A stretch of DNA of 60,939 bases, counting the filler, from Dugesia japonica (Eukaryota), in NCBI GenBank assembly GCA_001938525.1. It is 5 parts of 5 records of this genome, joined end to end, with 100 filler letters (N's around TTAATTAATTAA, not from the genome) between each part and the next. Parts side by side here need not be neighbours in the genome. Positions count along the whole stretch, not along the records: positions 45,734 to 60,939 come from MQRL01590621.1; 4 more parts are not named here. The stretch is one strand, 5' to 3'. Under the pieces are notes generated by a model. That model had not been told where the DNA came from. It was given only the letters and a program-made list of their open reading frames with translations, and did no database searches. This document shows positions 59,224-60,939 of the stretch, one piece after another; position 1 is the first letter of the stretch; each line of letters starts with the position of its first letter. Both the position numbers and the translations under genes were made by a program.

Positions 59224-60738
59224 TTAATAGCTCGTTTTCTGAAGTTCATTACTATAAAATCTTCCAACAATTTCTTCACCATTTAAATTACTAACTTGGT
59301 ATGTGTATGGTTTTGTTTTATAAATTTTTGTAACAATATAAATTCTCTTTGACCATTTTAAAGTATAAGACTTGGCAAATGTTTTCTTGATAATAAAAAT
59401 CCTTACCCGATCCCCGATCTTAAATTTTGCTTTTTCTTTTAAATCATAATTTTCAGTCATATTTTTTTCATTTTGAATCCGGATAATTTCTGGATTTATT
59501 GATGCCGCTTGGGGTGTTGCTTTTATTGATGAATGAATTGTATTGTTGTAATCATTTACAATTTCTTTTAATAATTCTGATGTTATAACCTGATTCCCAA
59601 CGGCAGTAAAATGTTTAAAGAGTCTGTGTTTAAGAGTTCTGTTAAATCTTTCAATAACAACTGCTTTACCATCATTTTCAGTTGAGTATAAATTTATATG
59701 ATTTTTATCACAAAATTGTTTAAATTTTTCATTATAAAATTCTGTACCTTTATCAACCCATAAATTATTAGAAGTTCTATGAGTGTCATTAAAAATTTTT
59801 TGAAATGCATTTATTACATTTACTGCTAATTTTTTTTTAAAAGTTTCAATAAATGCAAAACGAGTATAGAGATCAATTACTGTTAATATTACATGTTTAT
59901 TTGCATGTTCTGGGCCATGAAATATTAAATCTGCTGACCAAATGTCATCTTTATCATGAACTACTACTTTTAAAAAATGTTTTGGTTTTCTATATTCTTT
60001 ATGAAGTTCATTAACTAAATTTTTATTAGTGGAAACTAATGAGGGGACTACGTCCCCAGATTCATTATTATTAGTGGAAACTAATGAAGCAGCTGCGCTG
60101 CTATTATCCTTGGGTTTTTCGGGATACTCATATTTTTGTTTATTAATTACACTTTTTTTAATTGCCTGTCCAATTACTATTTTACCTTTCATTGCTAATT
60201 TTACTAAAGTTCTTTGTATTTTTTCTGAAGTAGTAGGATCTGGAATATTATTTAAATCATGAATTAAATTTACATCTGCGATATGACGATCGCGTATTTA
60301 GTTAGATGCATACGCTATGTCATGTTTCAATGCTGCTGCGTCAACTCGATTAATTGGTTCTTCTCCTGGTTTTGGATTATTATCAGAATCTAATCTAATA
60401 TCAAGTCTAGTACCTGGTCCTGTGTAATTGTGTTTAAATAAATGTCTTTCACCTGGATATTTTTCTGTAGTAAATGGTTTTAATAAAGTTGATGTAATTT
60501 TACTAGATTGTAAATCTCCTCCTTTATGGGGGCCTCCTTCGATGGATTTTATATCTTTATTGGGGCCTCCAGATTTATCTTTATTGGATTTCAATTTCGG
60601 ATACTGTTTCTGTTTTACATTATTTAAACATAAATCTAAATGTCTCNATCTATTTTTCATCATTACAATTTTACCACAATTTTCACACATGTATTTTTTA
60701 TATGTTTTTGATACTGGTGCTTCCGAAGGATGCGCCAT
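59224..60738 (-). pseudogene. int: ZnF-PLA2-rve integrase gene, single frame with one in-frame TAA
   Basis: CENC..RHLDLC; HNYTGPGT..DAAALKHDIAY; TAA at 60298-60300; IRDRHIADV..LAMKGK; WSADL, WVDKGTEF, IERFNRTLK. Confidence 0.92.
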
Positions 60739-60816
60739 TTATTTAATTTTAAATTTGAATCTTAATTTTAACATTTTAAATTCGAATTTTAATTTTAATA
60801 TAAGGATAAAAACATC

Positions 60817-60939
60817 TTATCTATTAACATCAGTTCCTTTAAGGTTATCAATCATAACAACTCTGCCACCTGATAATCTCATTTCAATATGTTTCTCTTC
60901 AAGAATACACCAACATAAACTTCCTTGGAATTGGGGATC
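60817..60939 (-). CDS. Major capsid protein C-terminus, running off the window end
   Basis: FQGSLCWCILEEKHIEMRL matches FRGTVHWCILEEKHVEMKL of copy C. Confidence 0.85.
   Translation of the reverse strand, partial: DPQFQGSLCWCILEEKHIEMRLSGGRVVMIDNLKGTDVNR

Larger units (their letters stand above)
45734..60939. mobile_element. Polinton/Maverick element, copy D, least decayed
   Basis: pPolB, pX-like and AGH protein (+); penton, TM, fibre-like, adenain, ATPase, ZnF-PLA2-integrase and MCP end (-). Confidence 0.95.

Overview
This is not one contiguous locus. Five AT-rich eukaryotic contigs (1-9111, 9212-24922, 25023-34867, 34968-45633, 45734-60939) are joined by four identical 100-nt artificial linkers (44 N + TTAATTAATTAA + 44 N). 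Four contigs carry divergent, partly decayed Polinton/Maverick (adintovirus-like) endogenous DNA virus elements. Their genes include protein-primed DNA polymerase B, major and minor capsid, adenain-type cysteine protease, packaging ATPase, rve integrase, parvovirus-type PLA2, an adenovirus pX-like protein and fibre-like ORFs. Interspersed are Gypsy LTR retrotransposon pieces, a NeSL/R2-type non-LTR fragment and a Buster-type hAT transposon, which points to an invertebrate-like host genome. Main observations: (1) the pPolB of contig 5 has a 208-aa intein in its catalytic YSD|TDS motif, resembling giant-virus PolB inteins, while two sister copies show the empty site; (2) in three copies a zinc finger, PLA2 and integrase appear to form one gene, with possible adenain sites between domains; (3) element-specific GC-rich mini-palindromes sit at gene junctions or in frame inside genes; (4) a Gypsy polyprotein carries two ubiquitin-like segments and an E2F/CHR (DREAM-like) motif array. 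All protein calls rest on motif recognition by eye, with no database searches.
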